Notes: a model not told the origin generated them from the sequence alone. DNA of 64,000 bases from Candidatus Multivoradales bacterium (GCA_965223155.1 CBDCVR010000015.1:864001-928000); one strand, 5' to 3'. Shown: positions 9,584-18,891, numbered from the stretch's first letter. Made by a program: numbers and translations.

Positions 9584-9599
9584 CCGGAGGCGGCGGCCC

Positions 9600-10481
9600 A
9601 TGGCCAACTCTGAGGTGCGTACCGGCACGGGTCCCGAGGGCCAGGCGATCATTCAGCTCGACTCGGTCCACGTCCTCTACGGCACCACCCTGGCGCTCGA
9701 CGTCGAGAGCCTCGAGATCCGATCCGGCGAGCGCGTCTTCGCCCTCGGCCACAGTGGCTCGGGCAAGACGACGCTTGCCCGCCTCATCAAAGGCCGCCAG
9801 CGGCCGTCGACTGGCAGCGTGCGCGTCTTCGGTCGCGATCCGGCCACCGCCAGGGATCGCCGGCGCCGCCAGCGCCGCGTGGCCATGATCGACCAGGAGT
9901 ACTTCCTGGTACCGCGCCTGAGCGTCGTCGAGAACGTTCTGCACGGCGCTCTCGGCCGGGTCTCGCCCGGCCGTAGCCTGCTCGGCCTCTACCCAAGTGA
10001 CGAGTGGTCCAAGGCCGAAGCCATTCTCGCTGAAGTCGAGCTCGACGGTCTTGGCTACCGGCGAGTCGAGACCCTGTCCGGCGGTCAGAAGCAGCGCGCC
10101 GCGATCGCCCGGGCGCTCATGCAAGAAGCCGACGTCATTCTTGCCGACGAGCCGGTCTCGGCCCTCGATCCAGAGCTCGCCGAGGATGCTCTCGAGCTCC
10201 TGGTCGAGTGCGTGGCGCGGCGCGACGTGACGTTGCTTGTCAACCTCCACCAGCCCGAGCTGGCGCGTCGTTACGCTGACCGCTTTCTGGGCTTGGCCCA
10301 CGGGCGGCTGGTGTACGACGGCGACCCTGAGAACTTTACCGACGACGTAGCCGAGCTCGTCTACCGTGGCCGGCAGGCCGAGCCTGAACTCCCCAACCAT
10401 CCGGAGACCCCTGATGTCGATGCTGCAGAAGGTACGCAGAAGGAAGCTCTTTCTTCAGACCTCCGTCTGGTTGGCGATTAG
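9600..10481 (+). CDS. phnC: Phosphonate-type ABC transporter ATP-binding protein
   Basis: Walker A GHSGSGKT, LSGGQKQR, ILADEPVSALDP, VNLHQ; GGAGG at 9586-9590. Confidence 0.88.
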   Translation: MANSEVRTGTGPEGQAIIQLDSVHVLYGTTLALDVESLEIRSGERVFALGHSGSGKTTLARLIKGRQRPSTGSVRVFGRDPATARDRRRRQRRVAMIDQEYFLVPRLSVVENVLHGALGRVSPGRSLLGLYPSDEWSKAEAILAEVELDGLGYRRVETLSGGQKQRAAIARALMQEADVILADEPVSALDPELAEDALELLVECVARRDVTLLVNLHQPELARRYADRFLGLAHGRLVYDGDPENFTDDVAELVYRGRQAEPELPNHPETPDVDAAEGTQKEALSSDLRLVGD

Positions 10482-11193
10482 CGCTCTCGTTCTATGGGCG
10501 ATGCGCTGGTCGGAGTTCGACTCCGGCGCGCTCTTCTCGTCCGGGGAGCGGTTCGCGGAGTTCTTCTCCAGGCTGGTGCCTCCGGATTGGTCGGTCGCGC
10601 AGCTGGTGTTTCGCTCGACGATCGAGACTCTGATGATCGCCCTCGCCGGCACCACGCTGGCCGTGGTGGTGGCCCTGCCGCTGGGTTTTCTGGCTGCCGC
10701 CAACGTCTCGCCCGCCTGGGTCAGCCAGCCCATCAAGTGGCTTCTGGGCCTGATCCGCTCGATCCCGCTGATCGTCGTGGCGATGCTCTTCGTCGCGGCC
10801 GTCGGTCTCGGTCCCTTCCCCGGCATGCTCGCCATCGCGTTTCACTCGATCGGCATGCTCGGCAAGTTCTACGCCGAAGAATTCGAGACCGCCGAGCGCG
10901 GCATTCTCCAAGCGGTGTCCGGAACCGGCGCCACCTGGACGCAAACGGTGCGCTACGGGCTCTGGCCGCAGTCGATTCCCCAGGTCGTGGCCTTCACCGT
11001 CTACCGCCTGGAGATGAATTTTCGGGACGCTGCCGTCCTGGGCCTGGTCGGCGCTGGCGGCGTCGGCTACTACATCCTTCTGTACGTGCGCGGATTCCAG
11101 TACGAGAAAGTCGCCGTGTTGCTCCTGGTGATCATTCTCGTCGTCCTGGCTCTCGACACACTGACCTTTTGGATACGACGATGGATTCAATGA
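10414..11193 (+). CDS. phnE: Phosphonate-type ABC transporter permease
   Basis: PPDWS, ETLMIALAGT, GMLGKFYAE, YRLEMNFRDAAVLGLVGAGGVG. Confidence 0.9.
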   Translation: MSMLQKVRRRKLFLQTSVWLAISALVLWAMRWSEFDSGALFSSGERFAEFFSRLVPPDWSVAQLVFRSTIETLMIALAGTTLAVVVALPLGFLAAANVSPAWVSQPIKWLLGLIRSIPLIVVAMLFVAAVGLGPFPGMLAIAFHSIGMLGKFYAEEFETAERGILQAVSGTGATWTQTVRYGLWPQSIPQVVAFTVYRLEMNFRDAAVLGLVGAGGVGYYILLYVRGFQYEKVAVLLLVIILVVLALDTLTFWIRRWIQ

Positions 11194-11960
11194 AACCCGC
11201 AGTCCTGGCGCCGGCCCTCGCCTTGGCTCTGGTCCTAGGCCTCCTTCTCGGCGGCGCTCCCGGCGCCGCCCAAGAGCCGGAGCTCATAACCGATCGCCCT
11301 GACCAGACCGAGTCTGCGGTCACCGTCCCTGCCGGGAGGGTTCAGGTCGAAACCGGCGCTCTCTGGACCCACGACGACGGAGGCCGAACTTCTCGGGAAG
11401 CCCTGGAGCTAGCCTCGACTCTCGTCCGGATCGGCTGGACCGAGCGTTTCGAGCTCCGCATCGGCGTCGATGGCTGGGTTTCCGAGCGCCTCGAGACAGG
11501 AGCTGGGCGGCCTACGACGCTCGAGGGCCTTGGGGATGCCTCGCTTGGAGGCAAGTTCGTGCTTCAAGAGGGCTCGGGCTCGCGGGCCCAGATCGCCCTT
11601 CTGGCCGAAACCACCGTACCGGCCGGCGACTCCGAGATCACGAGCGACCGCTGGGACCCCTCCGTGCGGCTCGCCATGGCCCGAGACTTCGCGCGGTTCT
11701 CCCTGGGCTGGAACCTCGGCGTCGAGTTCCCCGACGGCGACGAGGTCGCGTTCTACACGCTAGCCGCCAGCTTTCCGCTCGGGAAACGGCGCGGTGCCTT
11801 CCTCGAGATCTTCGGCGACTCGGAGTCCAGCCACTCTCTGGACGGCGGCCTGACGTTCCTGTCCGGCCCCAACTTTCAATTCGACGTCGCCGCGGGGATT
11901 GGCCTGACCGACGAGGCGCCGGACTGGTTCGCCGGGCTGGGCTTTTCGGTACGCCGCTAG
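11190..11960 (+). CDS. Outer-membrane beta-barrel 'transporter' (MetA-pathway/phenol degradation-like family)
   Basis: Signal peptide followed by LITDRPDQTESAVTVPAGRVQVETG; alternating beta-strands; ATGA overlap with phnE. Confidence 0.8.
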   Translation: MKPAVLAPALALALVLGLLLGGAPGAAQEPELITDRPDQTESAVTVPAGRVQVETGALWTHDDGGRTSREALELASTLVRIGWTERFELRIGVDGWVSERLETGAGRPTTLEGLGDASLGGKFVLQEGSGSRAQIALLAETTVPAGDSEITSDRWDPSVRLAMARDFARFSLGWNLGVEFPDGDEVAFYTLAASFPLGKRRGAFLEIFGDSESSHSLDGGLTFLSGPNFQFDVAAGIGLTDEAPDWFAGLGFSVRR

Positions 11961-12401
11961 TCAGCAGCGAAACCGATCGGGCCGCCAGGTCTGGACCGCC
12001 TTCTTGATCGATTCGCGTCCGCTCAGCTCGCCGTCCAGCACCCGCCGGACCAGACCCGCCACTTCGTCGTCGGAAGCGAAGCGGAGGCCGATGAGCTGGT
12101 CTTCGGAAAGCTCGCCGATCCGCCCTCGGAGCTCGTCGGGCAAGATCTCGGCAAGACGCAGGCGCTCCTCCAAGCGAATCAACCGGTCCTGAACCTGAAG
12201 CGGAAAGAGACGCGCGTAGAGCCAGAGGCCGATGAGAGCCAGCGCCACCGCGAGTGCCAGAGCCGTCGCGAAGGACGGGTGCCGGAAGAGCTGCCAGGCG
12301 GCAAAGAGCGTGTTGACGAGCAGGATCAAGGCCAGCACGAAGTGGTACATCGGCACGAAGCGCCGGTGATTGGCATAGTTCTGGGAACCGGTCTCGGTCA
12401 T
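11961..12401 (-). CDS. DUF6526-like membrane protein
   Basis: QNYANHRRFVPMYHF...QDRLIRLEERLR...LRFASDDE...IKKAVQTWRPD; GGAG upstream of ATG 12401. Confidence 0.78.
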   Translation of the reverse strand: MTETGSQNYANHRRFVPMYHFVLALILLVNTLFAAWQLFRHPSFATALALAVALALIGLWLYARLFPLQVQDRLIRLEERLRLAEILPDELRGRIGELSEDQLIGLRFASDDEVAGLVRRVLDGELSGRESIKKAVQTWRPDRFRC

Positions 12402-12486
12402 CGTGTCTCCTTGTCGGAATTTCCCTTTCCGGCGATGGTACCAATCGCGTTTCCAGGAAAGCCACTCCGGGTAGGTTTCTGCCCGC

Positions 12487-12554
12487 TTCCGCCTTCCGCC
12501 TTCCGCCTTCCGCCTTCCGCCTCCCGCCTCCGCAACCCGCCTTCCACCTCCCGC
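12487..12554. repeat. Intergenic heptamer tandem repeat (TTCCGCC)n
   Basis: Five perfect copies at 12487-12521, followed by degenerate copies. Confidence 0.9.
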
Positions 12555-12579
12555 TCTTGATATTGCTAGGCTCCGCCGA

Positions 12580-13806
12580 ATGCCGAACCAGGGCCGCAAT
12601 CTCGCCGTCCTGGTCGCCTCGCAGGCCATTTTCACCACCGGCTCGAGCCTCGTCGTGGCCACTGCGGCGCTCGTCGGTCACAGGCTAGCCGCCGATCCCC
12701 GACTTGCGACCTTGCCCACCGGGCTGGGGTTCTTGGCGGCGATGCTAATTACCTATCCGGCCTCTCTCGTGATGCAGACCCGTGGCCGGCGCTTCGGATT
12801 TCAGGCCGGCTTTCTGAGTGGCGCGGTGGGGGCGATCTTGGCGACCATCAGCATCCTGCGGCCCAACTTTCCGCTGTTCTGCGTCGCCCTGCTCCTGGTC
12901 GGCGTCAACCGTGGCATCGCCCCGTACTACCGATTTGCCGCGGTCGAAGCGGTGAGCGAAGGCCGCCGCGCGAGGGCCATCGCCTGCGTCCTGGTCGGGG
13001 GCCTCGTCGCTGCTTTTCTGGGTCCGGGCCTTGCCCGGTGGACGGAGACGTTGATCGCACAGCCGTTCGCCGGCTCGTTTTCGGCCCTGATCGGTGTTCA
13101 ACTCCTCGGCCTCATCACGCTCGCCGGCCTCGACCTGCCGCGGGTCGAGGCGGTCGAAGCCGCGAGCTCGGGCCGCCCGCTCGCGCGGGTCGCAGCCCAG
13201 CCCCGGTACCTGGTCGCCGCCTTCGGGGCCGTCGTTTCCTACGCCACGATGAACGCGCTAATGACGGCAACACCGCTGGCGATGGCCGAGCGCGGCTTCG
13301 CCTTTGGTCCCACGGCGTCGGTCATCCAGTGGCATCTGGCCGGGATGTTCGCTCCCGCGCTCGTCTCCGGACGCCTCGTCGAGCGCTTCGGCCCCCGGCG
13401 CATGATGGTGCTGGGCGCGGCCGGCATCGGTGTCGCCGCCGCCGGCAACCTGGCCGGCACGACCTTCCTCCACTTCGCCCTGTCTCTCGGTGCCCTGGGC
13501 GTGGGCTGGAACTTCCTCTTCGTCGCCGCCACCGCCTTGATTACGGAGACCTATGAGCCGGCGGAGCAGGCACGAGCCCAGGGATTCAACGACCTCCTGG
13601 TCCTGGGTGCCATGACCGTCTCGGCAACGACCGCCGGCTGGCTCTACGAGTCGGCGGGCTGGTGGCGGATGAACGCCGCCGTGTTGCCCCTGGTCGGGCT
13701 CGTTATTCTGGCGGTGGCGCTTCTGGGTTCCGGCGGGGAAGACCTCGCGCCCGCAAAGCCTACGGGCGGACGCGAGGCCCTGCGCCGTGGCTCTACGCCT
13801 TCTTGA
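12580..13806 (+). CDS. MFS transporter
   Basis: About 12 TM helices; YRFAAVE, MTATPLAM, IQWHLAGMFAP, GVGWNF. Confidence 0.88.
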   Translation: MPNQGRNLAVLVASQAIFTTGSSLVVATAALVGHRLAADPRLATLPTGLGFLAAMLITYPASLVMQTRGRRFGFQAGFLSGAVGAILATISILRPNFPLFCVALLLVGVNRGIAPYYRFAAVEAVSEGRRARAIACVLVGGLVAAFLGPGLARWTETLIAQPFAGSFSALIGVQLLGLITLAGLDLPRVEAVEAASSGRPLARVAAQPRYLVAAFGAVVSYATMNALMTATPLAMAERGFAFGPTASVIQWHLAGMFAPALVSGRLVERFGPRRMMVLGAAGIGVAAAGNLAGTTFLHFALSLGALGVGWNFLFVAATALITETYEPAEQARAQGFNDLLVLGAMTVSATTAGWLYESAGWWRMNAAVLPLVGLVILAVALLGSGGEDLAPAKPTGGREALRRGSTPS

Positions 13807-14038
13807 TCAGGCCGACGATAAAGAGCAGGACGACTGCGCCGACGACGGCGGTAACCAGCGAACCGGCAAGGCCGCCACCCGCGGAGATCCCCAGAAGTCC
13901 GAAGAGATACCCGCCGAGAACGGCACCGATGATGCCGACGATGATGTTGCCGACGAGCCCGAACCCGCCGCCCTTCATCAGCTGCCCGGCGAGCCAACCC
14001 GCGACCGCTCCGATGATCAAGAACCAAATGATTGCCAT
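13793..14038 (-). CDS. GlsB/YeaQ/YmgE transglycosylase-associated membrane protein
   Basis: IGAVAGWLAG...GLVGNIIVGIIGAVLGG; strong AGGAGG RBS. Confidence 0.92.
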   Translation of the reverse strand: MAIIWFLIIGAVAGWLAGQLMKGGGFGLVGNIIVGIIGAVLGGYLFGLLGISAGGGLAGSLVTAVVGAVVLLFIVGLIKKA

Positions 14039-14143
14039 CGCTTCCCTCCTTGCCCCTCAGGGCTGTGACTAGGTGCACGCCGCAATGCGGCGTGCCAGAC
14101 GGGTTTGAACGCCCGCCGAGTCTATCACCCGATTTGTAAGCGT

Positions 14144-15025
14144 TTAGGCAGCGGAGGCGTGCCGGGCCGAGCGTCTGGCGGTGAACCTGGCGCTCCAGAT
14201 CCGTCCCTCGAGCCTGCGGGCCACGGCGCCGACCAGCCAGGCCAAACCCAGGCGACGGATCCATGCTTTCCACCATGCCGGTATCTCGGACAGGATCAAG
14301 TCGGCCATCTGAGCTCCCCCATAGACGAACCGATCCAGGACCTCGACCTCCTCGAGACCGGCGGCTTCAAGGCCCCGGCGATAGTCGTCCTCCCCAATCG
14401 CGCCGCCGACACAGGAGTTGTAGACCGCCGGGATGGCCCGCAGCCAGCCCGGCAGGTCCTCGACCACGATATCCGAGACCGACATGCGGCCACCCGGCCG
14501 CAGTACTCGGGCGATCTCGGAAAAGACGCGCGGTTTGTCGGGCGAGAGATTGATCACACAATTCGAGATCACCAGATCCACGGACGCATCCTCGACCGGC
14601 AGCTCTTCGATCAGCCCTTTGCGCACTTCCACGTTGCCGACCCCGGCCGAAGCAATGGCGCCTCGCGCGCGCTCGATCATGGCGTCGGTCATATCGACGC
14701 CAATGACCCGACCTTCCGGCCCCACCTTGCCCGCCGCCAGCAAGAGATCGATTCCCGCGCCCGAGCCGAGATCCAGCACCACCTCGCCTGGCCCGACGCC
14801 GGCAAGGGCGGTCGGGTTGCCGCAACCGAACGAGTTGATTCGCGCCTCCTCGGGCAATGACGCCAACTCTTCTTCAGTGTAGCCCGCCGTCCGGGCCGCG
14901 ACCCCTTTCGTTCGTGCGGGGCCACCGCCGCAGTCGCCGCCACCACCACAACAGCCGCTACCAGTGGTCACCGCCTCGGCGTAGGCCTTAGAGACGTTGT
15001 CGCGAATCTTGTCTTGATCGTTCAT
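14144..15025 (-). CDS. arsM: Arsenite S-adenosylmethionine methyltransferase
   Basis: CC near the N-terminus, SFGCGNP, LDLGSGAG, VISNCVINLSPDK, SCVGGA; coupled to arsR. Confidence 0.88.
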   Translation of the reverse strand: MNDQDKIRDNVSKAYAEAVTTGSGCCGGGGDCGGGPARTKGVAARTAGYTEEELASLPEEARINSFGCGNPTALAGVGPGEVVLDLGSGAGIDLLLAAGKVGPEGRVIGVDMTDAMIERARGAIASAGVGNVEVRKGLIEELPVEDASVDLVISNCVINLSPDKPRVFSEIARVLRPGGRMSVSDIVVEDLPGWLRAIPAVYNSCVGGAIGEDDYRRGLEAAGLEEVEVLDRFVYGGAQMADLILSEIPAWWKAWIRRLGLAWLVGAVARRLEGRIWSARFTARRSARHASAA

Positions 15026-15420
15026 TGCGGTTCTCCTTGGATGGTTTCGGTGGCCGGGGCGGCGTCTTCGAGCCGCTTCCATTCACCGGCACCGGCGCAG
15101 CATTCCTCGATCGCCCCGGCCATGTCGCGGAGCGCTTTCGCGACCTCGTCGTAGCGCAACCGGTAGTAGACCTCGCGGCCGCGCTTTTCCGATTCCACGA
15201 TGCCGGCGTCCCGCAAGGTCGCTAGGTGCCGGGACACGACCGAGAGGTCGGTCGGGCAGCACTCCGAGAGCGACGAGACGGTCTGGGCGTCGCAGCAGGT
15301 AGCGAGTTGGGCCACCAGAGCGATGCGATTGCGGTCGCCCAGGGCACGGAAGAAGCCCGGGGCGAAACGGCTTTCGATGTCGGAACAGCACGGGGCGGAA
15401 CTATTGCTTGTTTGCGTCAT
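15022..15420 (-). CDS. arsR: ArsR/SmtB-family metalloregulator
   Basis: FFRALGDRNR, SVVSRHLATLRDAGIV, KRGREVYY; four CC pairs. Confidence 0.9.
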   Translation of the reverse strand: MTQTSNSSAPCCSDIESRFAPGFFRALGDRNRIALVAQLATCCDAQTVSSLSECCPTDLSVVSRHLATLRDAGIVESEKRGREVYYRLRYDEVAKALRDMAGAIEECCAGAGEWKRLEDAAPATETIQGEPQ

Positions 15421-15455
15421 TGTGCAAGCATAAACGGTGCCCGACCTCGTGTCAA
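15405..15455 (-). promoter_or_regulatory. Sigma70 promoter of leaderless arsR-arsM with inverted-repeat operator
   Basis: Minus-strand TTGACA (15455-15450), 17 nt, TATGCT (15432-15427), then ATG at 15420; inverted repeat TGCTTG-N14-CAAGCA (15405-15430). Confidence 0.75.
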
Positions 15456-15525
15456 GAACTTCCTCCATCCGGCGATCGGACTCTCGACCCGGGCTGACCA
15501 GCGGATCCGAGCTCGCCGCCGCCCA

Positions 15526-16340
15526 GGGCCTGTTAACACTTAAGGGTTAGGATCGTATAAGCTCCGTGCATGGAAATCACGGAGAAACAGTACGAGCGCA
15601 TTGCAGATTGCTTTCCAGTGCAGCGAGGCAACGTCAGCGTGCCGAATGTTCAAGTGCTGAACGCAATTCTCTACGTTGCCGAACACGGCTGCAAGTGGCG
15701 CGGGCTCCCGAAACGATTCGGGAATTGGCACACGATCTACACTCGCATGAACCGTTGGTCCAAGAACGGCGTGTTGGATCGGGTGTTCGCGCGGCTCCAA
15801 GAGGAGCAGATCGTGCGAGTCAAGATCGAGGCCGTGTCACTTGACAGCACGATCGTGCGGGTTCACCCCGACGGTACGGGAGCATTAAAAAAAACGGCCC
15901 CCAGGCCATTGGAAAGTCCCGCGGTGGATGGACCACCAAGATTCATATGGTTGCCGCAGATGCTCGAACAGCCATCACCTTCTGCCTCTCGCCCGGCCAA
16001 GCGCACGATGCGCCCGTCGGCCGATGCTTGCTGAAAGACCTGGGCCGACCGAAGCAACCGATCGCGCTTGTCATGGACCGAGCCTACGAAGGCAACGAAA
16101 CCCGACAACTCGCTCTGAATCTCGGCTATACCCCTGTCGTGCCACCCTTGAGCACTCGCCTTCGGCCCTGGGCCTACGACCGGCTCCTCTACAAACGTCG
16201 CAACGAGATCGAACGGCTCTTTCGCCGGCTCAAAGGCTACCGGCGCATCTTTTCCAGATTCGAGAAGCTCGACGTCATGTACATCGCCTTCATCCATTTC
16301 GCCCTCATCGCTGATGCACTGCGACAATGTTAACACGCCC
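15526..16340 (+). mobile_element. IS5-family insertion sequence (IS427-like group), about 815 bp
   Basis: Terminal inverted repeats GGGCCTGTTAACA / TGTTAACACGCCC; two-ORF transposase inside; flanks CCAG and CTAG. Confidence 0.92.
15570..16333 (+). CDS. IS5-family transposase expressed by programmed -1 frameshift
   Basis: OrfA has GCKWRGLP..FGNWHTIYTR and DSTIVRVH; A8 run at 15887-15894; the -1 frame continues SRGGWTTKIH, DRAY, YKRRNEIERLFRRLK. Confidence 0.92.
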
Positions 16341-18115
16341 TAGTCCGCCAGCTCGGCTTCGATGTAGCGGTCGATCGCTTCTTCGAGCACGGGCAGCGGC
16401 ACCGAGCCGTTTCGGAGCACGGCGTCGTGGAACTCACGGACGTCGAAGTCGTCGCCGAGCTTGTTTTCGGCCCTCTTTCTCAACTCTTTGATCTTGAGCT
16501 CGCCCAGCTTGTAGGACAGGGCCTGCCCGGGCCAGGAGATGTAGCGGTCGGTCTCGGTCGTGACCTCGTGGAGGGGCAGGGCCGTGTTCGACCCCAAGAA
16601 CTCCATCACTTGCTCGCGCGTCCATCCCATCGCATGGACGCCGGTGTCCACGACCAGCCGGCAGGCCCGCCACATCTCGTAGGTCAGGCGCCCGAAGTTC
16701 GAGTAGGGATCCGTGTAGAAGCCGGCCTCGAGTCCCAGCCATTCGGAATAGAGGCCCCAGCCCTCTCCGAAGGCCGAGATGTAGGAAAACCGCCGGAAGT
16801 TGGGCAGGCCCTCGAGCTCGCGGTTGAGAGCGATCTGGAAGTGGTGCCCGGGCACGGCTTCGTGGAGGGATAAGGCTTCGAGGTTGTAGAGCGGTCGCGA
16901 CGGCAGGTTGTAGGTGTTGACCCAGTAGCGGCCGGGCTCGGTGCTGCCCAGCGGCGGTCCGACGTAGCGCCCGGCCGTGTACTTGGGAGCCAGATAGTCG
17001 GGCACGGGCTCGACCGTGTAGGACAGCCGCGGCAGGGTCTTGAAGAGCGACGGCAGCTTGCCGTCCATCCGCTTCGAGATCCAGGCAGCCTCCTTCAAGA
17101 GCGCCTCCGGACTGTCCACGTAGAACTGCGGATCGGTGCGCAGGAAGTCCAGGAACTCGGCGAAGGTGCCCGCAAAGCCCACCTCCTCGATGATGGTCTC
17201 CATCTCCGCCCGGATGCGCGCGACCTCGGACTTGCCGATCTCGTGGATCTCCTCGGGGGTGAGATCGAGGGTGGTGAAGTTCCGGATCGTGTGCTGGTAG
17301 TAGGCGCGCCCGTCGGGGAGCTCGACCGCGCCCAGGGTCTCGCGCGCGCCCGGGATGTACTCCTCGGTCATGAAGTCGTAGAACGCCTGGTAGGCCGGAA
17401 CGACGGCTTCGAGGATGGCTTGGCTACCCTCCGCGGCCAGGCGCGCACGCTCCTCGTCCGAAAAGCTCGGCGGAAACTTCGCAAACGGCTCCCACAGCAC
17501 GCTGTCTTCGGCCTCCTCCACCACGTGGGAAGAGATCGTGTCCTCAATGCCATCTAGCACCACCCGGGCCAGGGTCATGCCGCGGGCCAGCCCCGCTTTC
17601 ATGTTGGCGATGTGCTGCCGGGTGTACCCCGAAAAAGCGTTGAGGCGGGCGATCAGGTTGTCGTAGTCGTGGACGGTCGCCAGCGGTACGTTCTTGTGCA
17701 GGCGCGCAAAGCCGCTGTGAAACCCCGAGTCGGCGTTGATCGGGATCTCGTAGGTCTTGAAGCCGTGCGCCGCGACGCGCAGCTCAAGCTGCCGCCGGAA
17801 GATGTCGTAGTTGATCTGGGACATCCGGTCCAGGGCCTCGCGATCGATCGCCGCGAGCTCGGCTAGAAAGGCCTCGGTCTCGGCCGCGGCTTGCGCCCGA
17901 GCCTCGGGGCCCACGTCCGGCAGCTTGTCGTTCCACTCGTGCCGGCCTACCGACGTGGCCAGCAACGGATTGTTGGCCACGCGCCACTCCCACTCCCGCG
18001 CGAAGAGCTCTTCGAGCTCCGCTGCCCCAGCAGAATTATCCGATGCAGAGACCGTCGTCGTACGTGCCGCGACGACCGCGAGCATCATCAGCGCGAAACA
18101 AGTCAATCTACGCAT
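16340..18115 (-). CDS. DUF885-family secreted putative metallopeptidase
   Basis: HEAVPGHH, EGWGLYSE, RACRLVVDTGVH, PGQALSYKLGEL. Confidence 0.92.
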   Translation of the reverse strand: MRRLTCFALMMLAVVAARTTTVSASDNSAGAAELEELFAREWEWRVANNPLLATSVGRHEWNDKLPDVGPEARAQAAAETEAFLAELAAIDREALDRMSQINYDIFRRQLELRVAAHGFKTYEIPINADSGFHSGFARLHKNVPLATVHDYDNLIARLNAFSGYTRQHIANMKAGLARGMTLARVVLDGIEDTISSHVVEEAEDSVLWEPFAKFPPSFSDEERARLAAEGSQAILEAVVPAYQAFYDFMTEEYIPGARETLGAVELPDGRAYYQHTIRNFTTLDLTPEEIHEIGKSEVARIRAEMETIIEEVGFAGTFAEFLDFLRTDPQFYVDSPEALLKEAAWISKRMDGKLPSLFKTLPRLSYTVEPVPDYLAPKYTAGRYVGPPLGSTEPGRYWVNTYNLPSRPLYNLEALSLHEAVPGHHFQIALNRELEGLPNFRRFSYISAFGEGWGLYSEWLGLEAGFYTDPYSNFGRLTYEMWRACRLVVDTGVHAMGWTREQVMEFLGSNTALPLHEVTTETDRYISWPGQALSYKLGELKIKELRKRAENKLGDDFDVREFHDAVLRNGSVPLPVLEEAIDRYIEAELAD

Positions 18116-18177
18116 CCCTGACTCCTTCTTTGTTTGCGAACCCCTGAGAGGCGTGGTCCCGGCGGGGTTTCCGGATC

Positions 18178-18867
18178 TTACTCCTCGTCGTCATCGAGAC
18201 CGAGTTGGCGCCTCAGGTCCGAGACCGAACGGTCTAGTTCGTCCACTCGGCCCTCCAGAACCTCGAGCTTTTGAGCGAGCACCGCACGGGGTCGGGCCAT
18301 CGGCTCCTCTTGGGACTTGGGCAAAGGCGCCTGCGCGGGATCCGCAACGGCTCTGCTACGAGACTCGGCCGCCTCGCCGCCCAGAAGCTGCATCCACCGG
18401 CTTTCTTTCTGCCCCGGCCGCCGCGCCAGCTCGGTCACGAGATCCCGATCCTCGACGGCCATCCGCCGGAGCGCGCCGTTGACGTCCTCGAGCTCGGCGA
18501 ACTCATGGAGCCGGCGGGTCCGCGTTCGGAGCTCGCCCACGGTCTGCGGACCGCGCAGCATCAAGACCGTCAACACCGCCTTTTCCCCGGCATCGAGCTC
18601 CAGGCGCCTGCTGATCGACTGCTTCCACTTCTGAGCGCGGGCGCCCTCGGTCTTCCAGACCAGCGTGGTCTCAGCCAGGGAGTCCAGGGCCTCGTAGACC
18701 TCGCTCTCGGTGAGAGCCGTCACCGGATCGCGATTGCTCTTCTGGTTGCAGCCGGCGAGAAGGGCGTTGACGGTCATCGGGTAGTACTCGGGCGTCGCCT
18801 GCTCCTTTTCCAGCAGGGTGCCGAGAACCCGGACTTGGACCGGGTCGAGATCATCGATGATCCGCAT
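18178..18867 (-). CDS. YceH/DUF480-family protein
   Basis: RVLGTLLEK..TPEYYPMTVNAL..GCNQKSNRDPV, LMLRGPQTVGELR. Confidence 0.9.
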   Translation of the reverse strand: MRIIDDLDPVQVRVLGTLLEKEQATPEYYPMTVNALLAGCNQKSNRDPVTALTESEVYEALDSLAETTLVWKTEGARAQKWKQSISRRLELDAGEKAVLTVLMLRGPQTVGELRTRTRRLHEFAELEDVNGALRRMAVEDRDLVTELARRPGQKESRWMQLLGGEAAESRSRAVADPAQAPLPKSQEEPMARPRAVLAQKLEVLEGRVDELDRSVSDLRRQLGLDDDEE

Positions 18868-18891
18868 GCCTCCGGGCGCTCTCCGGACGCG

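Noticed and set aside
12487-12554. Possible CRISPR array
   Set aside because: A simple heptamer repeat without spacers; no cas genes in the window.
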